Positions 1-12,473 of a DNA stretch of 20,243 bases are shown here, one piece after another (position 1 is the stretch's first letter; every line of letters starts with the position of its first letter). A program made the translations under genes and the position numbers. The notes under the pieces were generated by a model, which was not told the origin of the DNA, ran no database searches, and was given only the letters and a program-made list of their open reading frames with translations. The DNA is from Octopus sinensis (lineage: Eukaryota). The DNA is taken from the NCBI RefSeq assembly GCF_006345805.1, contig NW_021823937.1, positions 1 through 20,243 of the forward strand. Direction: 5' to 3'.

Positions 1-9
1 TAAAGGATT

Positions 10-186
10 AGAACCACTAGCTCCCCGGGCAAAAAGGTGTTATCGGCATCTCGTCTGTCTTTACGTTCTGAGTTCAATTCCATCGAGTCGACTTCACCTC
101 CATCCTTTCGGGGGGTCGATAAATTAAGTACCTTACTCCATCCTTCAAACTCGCTGGCCTTGTGCCAAAATTTGGAACCATTATTT
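10..186 (+). mobile_element. Decayed tRNA-derived SINE, family B (internally deleted)
   Basis: TTACGTTCTGAGTTCAATTCC..GAGTCGACTT..CATCCTTTCGGGGGGTCGATAAATTAAGTACC matches the copies at 12545-13718 and 19771-20004. Confidence 0.8.
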
Positions 187-499
187 AAAAGTCACAAAAG
201 GGAAGGAAACCGTCTAAAGGGAGCATCTCTGGTAACTTAGCTTTTCGATAAATAGAGATCGATAAAAAGACTACTATTCAAAACTTTAGGGGCAATAACT
301 CCCTAAATGTTTCTCGTTACTATTTTAATGGATAAATTTATAGATCTTCGTTATATTTTATGATTACAGTTCTATATTTAGAGATGAGGAATTATGTACA
401 TTGTTTACATTATTTACAATTTGACCACGGGCATATGGCGTAGGTTAAGAGCGGGGTACTAAAACCAAGATTCCAAGTTCGATTCCAGGCGGTGACCTG

Positions 500-675
500 A
501 ATAATATTACTAACAATATAATAATAAAAACAATAGCACAACAACAACACAATAAATAATAATGATAATAATAAAATAATAATAATAATTATCAGACGGG
601 TAGTCATGATGGGTATACTGGGCTTCGTATATTTTACCCAGTGTCACTTTGATGGCATGCACTGCTTTCTCACTC

Positions 676-703
<28 letters not shown>
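500..703. repeat. (AAT)n/(AAC)n microsatellites (500-590 and 676-703)
   Basis: Direct inspection. Confidence 0.9.
591..703 (+). mobile_element. Probable 5'-truncated non-LTR retroposon 3' end with (AAT)n tail, inserted in the AAT tract
   Basis: ~85 bp complex block interrupting the (AAT)n tract and ending CTCACTC(AAT)n; recalled as a common octopus repeat. Confidence 0.45.
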
Positions 704-706
<3 letters not shown>

Positions 707-753
707 CGAAAAATACCTTAGGAATGAGGAACCCAGGTTCGAAATCTCCCCAG

Positions 754-798
754 GACACCTATGAAGGCTGGAGGGTATATCAGCCGAAATGTTGTGTT
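754..798 (+). ncRNA. Degenerate minimal type I hammerhead ribozyme motif
   Basis: GACAC-CT(-)ATGA-A-GGCTG[10 nt]CAGCC-GAAA-T-GTT-GTGTT; stems I and II pair, core G5 is missing. Confidence 0.6.
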
Positions 799-1507
799 AA
801 CAACAAGCAAAGATGAGGACATATATTCGTCAAATGTAACAATGTAAATAATGTAATTTATGATTTACTTTAACATTTCAATGATGTCTTCAATGTTGTC
901 CATAGTTTAAGGTTCTTTAAATCAAACACCCGAACACATGTCGTGACGAGCAGACAATAATATAGAACTTTCATAACCCCGCATCATTCCTTTATATTAT
1001 CTATCTAATCGTTTTGGGCAAGATTCCCCGACAAAAAAACCAAAACAAAAAGAAAAAAAACAATCTTTTCTCTTCAAGCGTTCCTGTCTTCCACGACATT
1101 TTGAGGTCTTCTATTCGTAACTCGACATCACGAACAAAGTTAATCAATGTTGGTCAATTCTGGGTCATCTGGCATAAGAATTCCCATGTCTCGAGATCCA
1201 CAAAAAAAAAAAAAGCGCTCACTAAATACTCATCATTTTGCTTCAATAACAACGACCAGAATAACTTGCCTTCGCTTCGAATGATTGATGATGCGTTGGG
1301 GGGAATGGTTGCAAGAAAGCTGCCTTCGTTTGATGTAGGTTTCTTCCTCTTTTGCCTTCGTTGTTAACCACCGCTATCGTCACTTCGGTATCGCCACCGC
1401 TTTTGTTATTGTTGCTGCCGTTACGGTCCCGTTCTGTCGCAGCTTCCGCTGCTACCGCCATCATCTTCACCGCCGTTATCATCTTCATCATCCCCATCAT
1501 CATTATC

Positions 1508-2105
1508 ACCACCACCACCACCACCACTACCACCAGCACCACCAGCACCACCACCAGCACCACCAGCACCAGCACCACCACCACCAGCACCAGCACCAGC
1601 ACCAGCACCAGCACCAGCACCACCAGCACCACCACCACCACCACCACCAGCACCAGCCACCACCACCACCACCACCACCACCACCACCACCACACAACCA
1701 CACCACCAGCACCACCAGCACCAGCACCACCACCATAACCACCACCAGCACCAGCACAGCACCAGCACCACCAGCACCAGCCACCACCACCCACCACCAG
1801 CACCAGCACCACCACCACAACCACCAACCAGCACCAGCACCAGCACTACCAGCACCACCAGCATCAGCACCACCACCACCCACACCACCAGCACCAGCAC
1901 CAGCACCACCACCACAAACCACCACCAGCACCAGCACCAGCACCACCACCACAACCACCACCAACACCAGCATCAGCACCACCACCACCACAACACCACC
2001 ACCACCACAGCACCACAGCACCACCAGCACCACCATAGCACCAGCACCAGCACCACCACCACCACACCACCACCCACCAGCACCACCAGCACACACCAGC
2101 ACACC

Positions 2106-2136
<31 letters not shown>

Positions 2137-3689
2137 CCAGCACCACCACCACCACCACCAGCACCACCCAGCACCACCAGCACCACCACACCACCAGCCA
2201 CCAGCACCAGCACCACCAGCACCACCACCAGCACCACCAGCACCAGCACCAGCAACCACCACCAGCACCACCACCACCAGCACAACCACCACCAACACCA
2301 CCAGCACCAGCACCACCACCACCACAACCACCAGCACCAGCACCACCCCACAACCACCACCAGCACAGCACCAGCACCAGCACCACCAGCACCAGCACCA
2401 CCACCACCACCAGCACCAGCACCACCACCACAACCACCCACCAGCACCAGCACCAGCACTACCACAACCACCACCACCACCAACCACCACAACCACCCCA
2501 GCAAGCACCAGCACTACCAGCACCACATCACCACCACCACAACCACCACCACCAGCACCACCACCACCACCACCACCCACCAGCACCACGCCACCAGCAC
2601 CAGCACCACCACCACCACCACCACCAGCCAGCACCACACCACCAGCACCACCAGCACCACCACCACCCCACACCAGCACCAGCACCACCACCACAACCAC
2701 CACCAGCACCAGCACCACCACCACCACCAGCACCACCACCACCACCACAACCACCACCAGCACCAGCACCAGCACTACCAGCACCATCAGCATCAGCACC
2801 ACCACCACCACCACCACCACCACAACCACCACCAGCACCAGCACCAGCACTACCAGCACCACCAGCATCAGCACCACCACCACCACAACCACCACCAGCA
2901 CCAGCACCAGCAACACCACCACACCACCACCAGCACCAGCAACCAGCACTACCGCACCACCAGCATCAGCACCACCAACAACCCCACCACCACCACCACC
3001 ACCAGCACCAGCACCAGCACCAGCAGCACCACCAAGCACCAGCACCACCACCACCACACCACCACCACAACCACACCACCACCAGCACCAGCACCACCAC
3101 CACCACCACCACAAACCACCACCACACAGCACCACCACACACCACACCACCAGATCATGCAGCACAACCAACCACCACCACACCACAACCACCACCAGCA
3201 CCAGCACCAGCATACCAGCACCACCAGCATCAGCACCACCACCACACCACCACCACCACAACCACACCAGCACAAGCACCAGCATCAGCCCACCACCACC
3301 ACCACCACACCACCAACCACCACCAGCTACCCAGCACCAGCATACCAGCACCACCAGCATCAGCAACCACACCACCACCACCACCACCACAACACCACCA
3401 GCACCAGCACCAGCACACCAGCACCACCAGCATCCGCACCACCAACACCACAACCCACCCCCAAAAACACCCACCAGCACAGCACCACCACACCACCAAC
3501 CACCACCAGCACCAGCACCAGCACTACCAGCACCACCAGCCTCACCACCACCACCACCACACCACCACACCACCAGCACCAGCACCAGCACCAGCAGCAA
3601 CCACCGCACCAGCACCACCACCACCAACCACCACCACCACAACCACACCACCACCACACCACCACCACCACCACCCACCAGCACCAGCA

Positions 3690-3720
<31 letters not shown>

Positions 3721-5280
3721 CCACCACCACCACCATCACACCAGCACCAGCACCAGCACCACCACCACCACACACCACAACCACCACCACCACCAGCACC
3801 CCACCACCACCACCACCACCACCAACCACCACCACCACCAGCACCAGCACAGCACCACCAACAACCCAGCACCACAACCACCACCACCACCAGCACCACC
3901 ACCACCACCACCACAACCACACAGCACCAGCACCAGCACTACCAGCACCCAACCAGCATCAGCACCACCACCACCACCACCATCATCACACCAACACCAC
4001 AACCAGCACCACCACCAGCACAAACAGCACCACCACCAGCACCACCACCACCAACCACCACCAGCACCAGCACCCACCACCACCACCACCACCACAACCA
4101 CAACACACCACCACCAGCACCACCACCACAACCACCACCAGCACCAGCAACACCAGCACTACCAGCACCACAACCACCAGCACCACCACAACCAACACCA
4201 CACCACCACCACCAGCACCAGCACCACCACCATAACCACCACCAGCACCAGAACCAGCACAGCACACCAGCACCAGCACCACCACCCACCACCAGCACCA
4301 GCACCACCACCACCAGCACCAGCACCAGCATCAGCACCACCACCAACACCACCACCACCACAACCACCCAGCACCAGCACCAGCATCAGCACACACCACC
4401 ACCACACCACCACAACCACAACCAGCCACCAGCACCAGCACCACCAGCACCACCAGCACCAGCACCACCACCACACCACCACCACCACAACCACCACCAG
4501 CACCAGCACCAGCACACCAGCACCACCAGCATCAGCACCCACCACCACAACACACCACACAACCACCACGCACCAGCACCACCACCACCACCACAACCAC
4601 CACCAGCACCAGCACCAGCACCACCGCACCACCAGCTCAGCACACCACCACCACCAACACCACCACACACCAGCACCCAGCACCAGCACCAGCAGCACCA
4701 CAGCACCACCAGCACCACCACCCACACCACCACACCACAACCACCACCAGCACCCAGCCACCAGCACACCCACCACAACCACCACCAGCCACCACACCAC
4801 CACCACCACCACCACCACCACCACAACCACCACCACCCCACAGCACCACACAGCACCACCACCACCACCACCACAACAACCACACCACAGCACCAGCACC
4901 ACCACCACACCACCACCACCACCCACAACCCCACCACACAGCCACCAGCCACCAGCCCACACCACCACCACCACCACAACCAACACCCACCACCAGCACC
5001 ACCACCACCACAACCACCACCAACCACCACACCACAGCACCACAACCACCACCAGCACCAGCACCAGCACTACCAGCACCACCAGCATCCAGCACCACCA
5101 CCACCACCACCATCATCACCACCACACCAGCACAAGCAACAGCACCAGAAGCACCACAGCACCAGCACCACCACCACAACCACCACCACCAGCACCAGCA
5201 CCAGCACCACCACCACCCCACACCAGCACAGCACCACCACCAGCACCAGCACCAGCACCACCACCACCACCACCACCAGC

Positions 5281-5311
<31 letters not shown>

Positions 5312-6118
5312 CCACAACCACCACCACACCAGCACCACCAGCACCCACCACCACCACCACCACACCACCACCACAACCACCAACCAACCAGCACCAGCAC
5401 CACCACACCACCACCACCCACCACCACCACAACCACCACACCACCAGCCCCAGCACCACCACCACCACCACCACCACCACCCAACCACCACCACCACCAG
5501 CACCAGCACCACACCACCACCACCACCACCACCACAACCACCCACCAGCACCAGCACCAGCACCACCCCACCACCACCACCAGCACCAGCACCACCACCA
5601 CCACCACCACACCACACAACCATCACCCACACAACCAAAACCACCACCACACCACACCAGCACCACCACCACCCACCACCACACCACCACCACCAACCAC
5701 CACCAGCACCACCACCACAACCACCACCAGCACCAGCACCAGCACTAAACCCCACCACCACATCAGCACCACCACCACACCACCCCCACCACCCACCACC
5801 ACCACCAACCACCAGCACCAGCACCACCAGCACCACCAGCCACCAGCACCACCACCAGCAGCACCACCAGAACCAGCCCACACAACAACCACCACAGCAC
5901 CAGCACCACACAGCACCACCAACCACCAACACCACCACCACACACCAGCACCACAACCACCACCAGCACCAGCACCACCACACCACCACCACCAGCACCC
6001 ACACCACCACCAGCACCAGCACCCCACCACCCCACCACCACACCACCACCACAACCACCACCAGCACCAGACCACCACCAGCACCAGCACCAGCACCACC
6101 ACCACCACCACCACCAGC

Positions 6119-6149
<31 letters not shown>

Positions 6150-7035
6150 CCCCAACCACCACACCACCAGCACCAGACACCAGACCACCACCACCACAAC
6201 CACCCACCACCACCACCACCAGCATCAGCACCACACCACCACCCCACACCACCACCACCACCACAACCACAACCACCACCAGCACCAGCACCAGCACTAC
6301 CAGCACCACCAGCACATTCACCACCACCACCACCACCACCACCCCAAACACCACCAGCACCAGCACCAGCACACCACAACACCCAGCACCAGCACCACCA
6401 TCACCACCAGCACCAGCCACCACCACCAGCAGCACCACCAGCACCAGCACCAGCACCAGCACCAGCACCACCACACCACCACACCACCAGCACCAGACCA
6501 GCACCAGCAGCACCACCACCACAAACCACCACAACCACCACCAGCACCAGCACCAGCACCAGCACCACCACCACCACCACCACCAGCACCAGCACCAGCA
6601 CCAGCAACCACAACCACCACACCACCCAGCCACCACCACCAGCACCAGCACCCCACACACCACCACCACCAGCACCAGCACCAGCACCAGACCACCACCA
6701 CACCACCACCCAGCACACCACCACAACCAGCACCACCACCCACACCCCACCAGCAGCACACCAGCACCAGCACCATAACCACCACCAGACCAGCACCAGC
6801 ACACCAGCACCAGCAACCACCACACAGCACCACCACCACCGCAACCACCACCAGCACCACCAGCACCACCAGCACCAGCACCACCATCACCACAGCACCA
6901 GCACCAGCCACCAGCACACCAGCACACCACCAGCACCAGCACCAGCACCACCACCAACCACCACCAGACACCACGCACCAGCACCAGCAGCACCACCACA
7001 CAACCACCACAACCACCACCAGCACCAGCACCAGC

Positions 7036-7066
<31 letters not shown>

Positions 7067-7369
7067 GCACCATCACCAGCACCAGCACCACACACCACCA
7101 CCACCAGCACCACCACCACCACACCACCACCACCACCACCACCACCACCAGCACCAGCCACCAGCACCCAGCACCACCACCACCACCACCAGCACCAACA
7201 CCAGCACCAGCACCACACACACACCACCACCAGCAGCACACCAGCACCAGCACCATAACCACCACCAGCACAGCACCACAACTACAGCACCAGCACCACC
7301 ACCACCAGCACCACCACCACCAGCACCACCACACACCAGCACCACCATCACACCAGCACCAGCACCAGC

Positions 7370-7400
<31 letters not shown>

Positions 7401-7890
7401 GCACCAGCACCAGCACCAGCAGCACCACCACCACAACCACCACAACCACCCAGCACCAAGCACCAGCACCAGCACCACCCACCACCACACCACCAGCACC
7501 ACACCAGCACCAGCACCACCACCACCACCACCACCAGCACCACCAGCACAGCACAAGCACCACCACCACCACCACCACCAGCACCACCACACCAGCACCA
7601 CCACACCACACCACCACCACCAGCACCAGCACCAGCACCACCACCACCACCACCACAACCACCACCAGCACCAGCACCAGCACTACCAGCACCAGCACCA
7701 CCAGCACCACCATCACCACCACCACCACCACCACCACCACCACCAGCACCAGCCACCAGCACCACCATCACCACCAGCACCAGCACCAGCACCAGCACCA
7801 GCACCAGCACCACCACCACCACCAGCACCAGCACCAGCACTACCAGCACCACCAGCATCAGCACCACCACCACCACCACCACCACCTCCA
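1508..7890. repeat. Giant compound trinucleotide array (CAC/CAG/AAC)n, ~6.4 kb, with higher-order units
   Basis: Almost entirely CAC/CAG/AAC triplets, nearly T-free on the + strand; recurring CACTACCAGCACCACCAGCATC landmark. Confidence 0.97.
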
Positions 7891-7942
7891 CCATCACCAT
7901 CGTCTTCATGTATCTTAATTAGCATTCACATCTAGAGTGCAC

Positions 7943-8062
7943 TTTCTACTAAAGGCACAAGGCCTGAAATATTGGTGGAGCGGGCTACTCTAATACATCA
8001 ACCCCAGCGTTTCACTGGTACTCAATTTATCGATCTTGAAAGGGCGAAGGGCTAAGTCAACC
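7943..8062 (-). mobile_element. Decayed SINE family B fragment (3' half)
   Basis: GGCACAAGGCC..TACATCAACCCCAGCGTTTCACTGGTACTCAATTTATCGA..GAAGGGCTAAGTCAACC resembles 19843-19912. Confidence 0.7.
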
Positions 8063-8335
8063 ATAATAACAACCAACTCCAATACTTTATTTTATCGACT
8101 CCTTGGAAGAAATGAAAATTTAAAACTGAATCTCAGAACTCCAAGAACCTTAACTCTCCACCGAGTCTGCTTCAAATACTAGGATATCGAAAACCGTCAA
8201 AGTGTAGTAGAACGGTTTTGCTATGGAATCGTGAAGAGAAATTATATGAGTGATAAAAAATGGCTCTAAAGCGGTTTTGACTGCTATTTCTAAACATGTA
8301 AGGGTTTTGAAACCCTCCTAGTTATAATTGTGACT

Positions 8336-8585
8336 TACTCTCTTTCTTTTTACTCTTTTTTTTTTTTTTTTACTTGTTTCAGTCATTCGACTGTGGCCAT
8401 GCTGGAGCACCGCCTTTAGTCGAGCAAATCTATCCCAGGATTTATTCTTTGTAAGCCTGGTACTTATTCCATCGGTCTCTTTTGTCAAACCGCTAAGTTA
8501 TGGGGACGTAAACACACCAGCATCGGTTGTCAAGCGATGTTGGGGGGGGGGACAAACATAGACACATAAACATATACATACACAT

Positions 8586-8632
<47 letters not shown>

Positions 8633-8759
8633 TTCGACAGGCTTCTTTCAGTTTCCGTCTACCAAATCCACTCACAAGGCATTGGTCGGCCCGGGGCTAT
8701 AGCAGAAGACACTTGCCCAAGATACCACGCAGTGGGACTGAACCCGGAACCATGCGGTT
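8336..8759 (-). mobile_element. tRNA-derived SINE family A, 5'-truncated, with internal (CA)/(TA) microsatellite and A-rich tail
   Basis: 8648-8759 is nearly identical to 15645-15757; B-box on the minus strand (GGTTCAGTCCC); T-rich tract at 8336-8371. Confidence 0.9.
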
Positions 8760-8782
8760 CCGTTGCAGTAATTATTTTTAAC

Positions 8783-9012
8783 ATTGACGCCAAGGCTAAA
8801 ATTTGATGAAGGGGAGTTCGCCAATTACATCGACACCCTAACTCCGCCCCCAATAATTGTGCCTCACTTTATTTTATTGGCCACCGAAAGGGGAGGAAAA
8901 GCGAACATTGACCTCAATTTCGACCAGATTTGTATTCAGTGCATAAAGAGACGGCAAAAACGCCACAAGGCATTTTGTTCGACGCTCTATCGACCTTGTC
9001 AGTCCGCTGCTT
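8783..9012 (-). mobile_element. Highly decayed SINE family B copy
   Basis: ATTACATCGACACCC..TTTATTTTATTGGCCACCGAAAGG..GATTTGTATTCAG..GCATTTTGTTCGACGCTCTA, colinear with 19771-20004. Confidence 0.6.
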
Positions 9013-9133
9013 GTGTTGCGCCACCGCCGCCCTTAATTGTAATAATACTAACAATAGATTCCACAAGCTTTAAGATGCAACACTAAGAAGCTATCATTTA
9101 ATTAGTCTCATAGATGAAGGACATTGTGAGGTC

Positions 9134-9172
<39 letters not shown>

Positions 9173-9258
9173 ATGTGATGGTGGTGGTGGTGGTGATGGT
9201 GATGGTGGTGGTGGTGTTGGTGGTGGTGGTGGTGGCGGTGGTGGTGGTGCTGATGGTT
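9134..9258. repeat. (GTA)n followed by (GGT)n microsatellite
   Basis: Direct inspection. Confidence 0.95.
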
Positions 9259-9364
9259 GTCGTGATAATTGCTGTTCAAAAGAATCGATCGAAAATATCC
9301 TGATGGAAGAAAGTAGGTATGGCTTCTCGAAAACCATCTTTAAACAAGCCCCCATTATCGCAAC

Positions 9365-9485
9365 CTCTTTCTCCCCCGCTCCTTCCTCCTCCTCCTCCTC
9401 CTCCCCCCCTCTCTCTCGTTCCCTCTTGCTCTACCCTTCTTTCTTCTTCTTTCTTCCCCGCTCTCTCTCTTCCGTTGCTCTCTCT
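9365..9485. repeat. Polypyrimidine (CCT)n/(CT)n low-complexity tract
   Basis: Direct inspection. Confidence 0.85.
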
Positions 9486-9637
9486 ATTCAAGTACAGAAG
9501 CGACCTCAGGTGCGGTAAACAAAAAGGGGAGCGAAGACGGACAGCTAGTTACCTAGATATCTATCTGTCTGACTGTCCTTCAGTCTGTCTGACAGTATGT
9601 CTGACTGACTGTAACTTTGTCTATTAGTTTACGCCTG

Positions 9638-9681
<44 letters not shown>

Positions 9682-9830
9682 CACGATCCCTATTGATCGT
9701 CCCCACTTTTGTTTTTGCGATCCCTTTTGCTCGGAATTCGACCCCCACTTTTTTCCCTTCTTCTCAAAAAGAAAATCTCTATTTTGTATTTTATCCCTTC
9801 TGTGTTCAGCCCTGCGTGGCCAATAAAGAA

Positions 9831-9888
<58 letters not shown>

Positions 9889-9911
9889 ATCTATCTATCT
9901 ATCTATCTATC
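9638..9911. repeat. (ATCT)n microsatellites (9638-9680 and 9831-9911)
   Basis: Direct inspection. Confidence 0.95.
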
Positions 9912-10294
9912 GACGCAAGCATGTTCGCAACAGACACACTTCGTTAATGGTACCTTAATGCGTAGAAAGATGTTGATATTTTCAGATGATATTCCTTAAC
10001 TATTCAAAGTCGGTTACAGATGTTGTTAGGTGTCTGTTTTACTTTCATCCGGAAGTGACGATAACTTCAAAGACAAAAAAAAAAAAAAATCAAGAATTGA
10101 TATTGTATTTGTATAATATTTAAAATGATTTTCGTTGTCCTTGTTGTCCAAATTAATGTCACCGGACACTCCAAGTTATTTCACTTACATACACCCCACC
10201 ACACACACGCGAGTGTCGGCTGCTAAGTTCATAGGCTGACCAAGGTACTCTCAAGTCACCAAAGGAGGTTTATTGTTCAATATAGCATCTGCCA

Positions 10295-10601
10295 GGAGGC
10301 ATGATGGCCCAGTGGTTGGGGCAGCGGACTCACGGTCGGAGGATCGTGGTTTCGATTCCCAGACCGGGCGTTGTGTGTGTTTATTGAGCGAAAACACCTA
10401 AAGCTCCACGAGGCTCCGGCAGGGTGTGGTGGCGACCCCTGTTGTACTCTTTCACCACAACTTTCTCTCAATCTTTCTTCCTGTTTCTCGAATAACGCTG
10501 CGATGGACTGGCGTCCCGTCCAGCTGGGGGGAACACAAACGCCACAGAAACCGGGAAACCGGACCCATGAGCCTGGCTAGGCTTGAAAAGGGCGAAAAAC
10601 A
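10295..10601 (+). mobile_element. Full-length tRNA-derived SINE family C with target-site duplication
   Basis: A box TGGCCCAGTGG (10305-10315), B box GGTTTCGATTCCC (10348-10360), V-domain-like CTGCGATGGACTGGCGTCCCGTCCAG; flanks ATAGCATCTGCCA (10282-10294) and ATAGCGCCTGCCA (10602-10614). Confidence 0.9.
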
Positions 10602-10998
10602 ATAGCGCCTGCCACTTGTGTTCCATACACTTCTTCCATCAGTGATACAGTGTTTGGTTCCTATTGGTGAAGAAGCTTCCATTCTGTTGGTCAAAAAAAG
10701 TCAACAGCAGATATGACGTCATCATCACTGCGATACTTCTATCCAAGTGTTATTTTTTTATGTTGGGGATCAGATGGTAGTCTCATGGGGACAAATCAAG
10801 AGAAAAAGGAGGATGGTGAACCAGTTCAAAGATACAGTCACGCACAGCAGCCATGGAAGAATTTTACGCTCGGGAATTATCTTATAAATAATGAGTGAAA
10901 TATTAATTTTAAAATAAAGTCTAAAAGAAACATTTGTTTCCTTCCCATCTTGAAATACGAAAGGATCTTCCAACCTAATAATTTATTCTTCATATCTG

Positions 10999-11078
<80 letters not shown>

Positions 11079-11130
11079 CTATCTATCTATCTATCTATAA
11101 AATGTATATATATATATATATATATATATA
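10999..11130. repeat. (ATCT)n and (AT)n microsatellites
   Basis: Direct inspection. Confidence 0.95.
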
Positions 11131-11199
11131 TGATTATTATTTGAGGGAATAAAATCCAAACTTACAAGGAAAAAAATTCAATTTAGAACATCATATACA

Positions 11200-11325
11200 T
11201 ACTACATACATACATACATACATACATACATACATACATACATACATACATACATACATGTATACATACATACAAGATGGAGCCTTGTATCTATGTTGAA
11301 AATCGGTTCCCTCCTCAGTAGAAGA

Positions 11326-11365
<40 letters not shown>

Positions 11366-11630
11366 TTATATAATATTAATATATATACATGTGTGTGTAT
11401 ATGTTTATATATATATATATGTACAAATATATATAAATATACATAAATGTATATGTATGTATGTATGTTTGTATGTGTTTTCTTTTTTTTAATTATTACA
11501 AATCCTCCACTGAGGAGGGAGCCAATTTTCAACATAAATACAAGGCTCCATCTTGTATGTATGTATACATGTATGTATGTATGTATGCATGCATGTATGC
11601 ATGTATGTATGTATGTATGTATGTATGTAT
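11200..11630. repeat. Inverted repeat: (CATA)n plus ~55 bp complex core, spacer, core plus (TATG)n
   Basis: 11271-11329 is the reverse complement of 11500-11557 with few mismatches; even the CATGTATACATAC interruption is mirrored; (TATG)n continues to 11775. Confidence 0.9.
11510..11550 (+). ncRNA. 3'-truncated hammerhead-like motif (inverted twin at 11278-11318, minus strand)
   Basis: CTGAGGA-G-GGAGCC[20 nt]GGCTCC-A; the GAAA half is absent. Confidence 0.4.
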
Positions 11631-12473
11631 GTATGTATGTATGTATGTATGTATGTACGTATGCATGCATGTATGCATGTATGTATGTATGTATGTATGT
11701 ATGTATGTATGTATGTATGTATGCATGTATGTATGTATGTATGTATGTATGTATGTATGTATGTATGTATGTATGTGTGCAGGAAGGTCAGTCCATGTAC
11801 CTTCTCTTTATCTCTATATATATATATATGAACAATGTAGCATCGATCTGTCGTCAGTTTGAAGTACTTTGTACCGGAAGTTAGCGAGGCAGTCTGAAAG
11901 GAGAAGCAGAGGGAAACTGCGGATGGTGGGAGTTCGGCGAGACAAAGTGGAGCTGTACTTATAAAAATTTGAAGAGATTCTTCAACAATACATTACCATT
12001 AAGAATCTTCAGACGGTTGGGTGTTACATGCATTCATTAAAGAAATTACCGCTCCTCCCTCAACGTCCCGCCTTACACATCGACGTATTTTCGCTGTAAC
12101 ACTTAAGTACTAATATAAATGCGCGCATAGACACAATTGTAAATAGACATAATGGTATATAGACTATCAAATGCGCATATATGCTTTTGTTTATCTGATA
12201 TATTGAGGCTGTGTCTCCAATATTATTCCAATGCCACACATAACACGCAAACACATACACGCAAAATGTACTAATAACAGCGATCGATATCTCGCAAATG
12301 CAAAGTATATATTACATGCGCGTTTTACCTCCGGGACCAAGGATCGTGTTTCTAGCAGTCGTAGCAGTAAAATAACAAGTGTGACACCTTCATAGGTGAG
12401 ATTCAAAACGAGGGATCCCTTTCAGAAAACTACTGCTTACATTCAAATCCGGTTATATGAAGCTATGAAGGAG

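Larger units (their letters stand above)
429..855 (+). mobile_element. Composite non-autonomous retroelement: tRNA-like head, (AAT)n, and hammerhead-bearing Penelope-like tail
   Basis: A-box-like TGGCGTAGGTT (436-446), B-box AGTTCGATTCC (476-486), hammerhead-like motif at 754-798; its 3' end (829-855) is present inverted at 397-425. Confidence 0.6.

Noticed and set aside
429-497. Functional tRNA gene (also 10295-10366)
   Set aside because: A/B boxes are present but there is no clean cloverleaf or terminator, and both run into repeat bodies, so they are retroposon heads.
3157-5748. 863-aa His/Gln/Pro/Thr-rich ORF
   Set aside because: It is open only because the + strand lacks T. The register drifts among HQ, PA and TS readings of the same repeat, and there is no domain or codon diversity.
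1243-7909. Many overlapping V/W/C/G-rich minus-strand ORFs and a signal-peptide-like ORF at 1352-1738
   Set aside because: These are translations of (TGG/TGC)n and decayed triplet flanks, mostly with non-ATG starts in a eukaryotic context.
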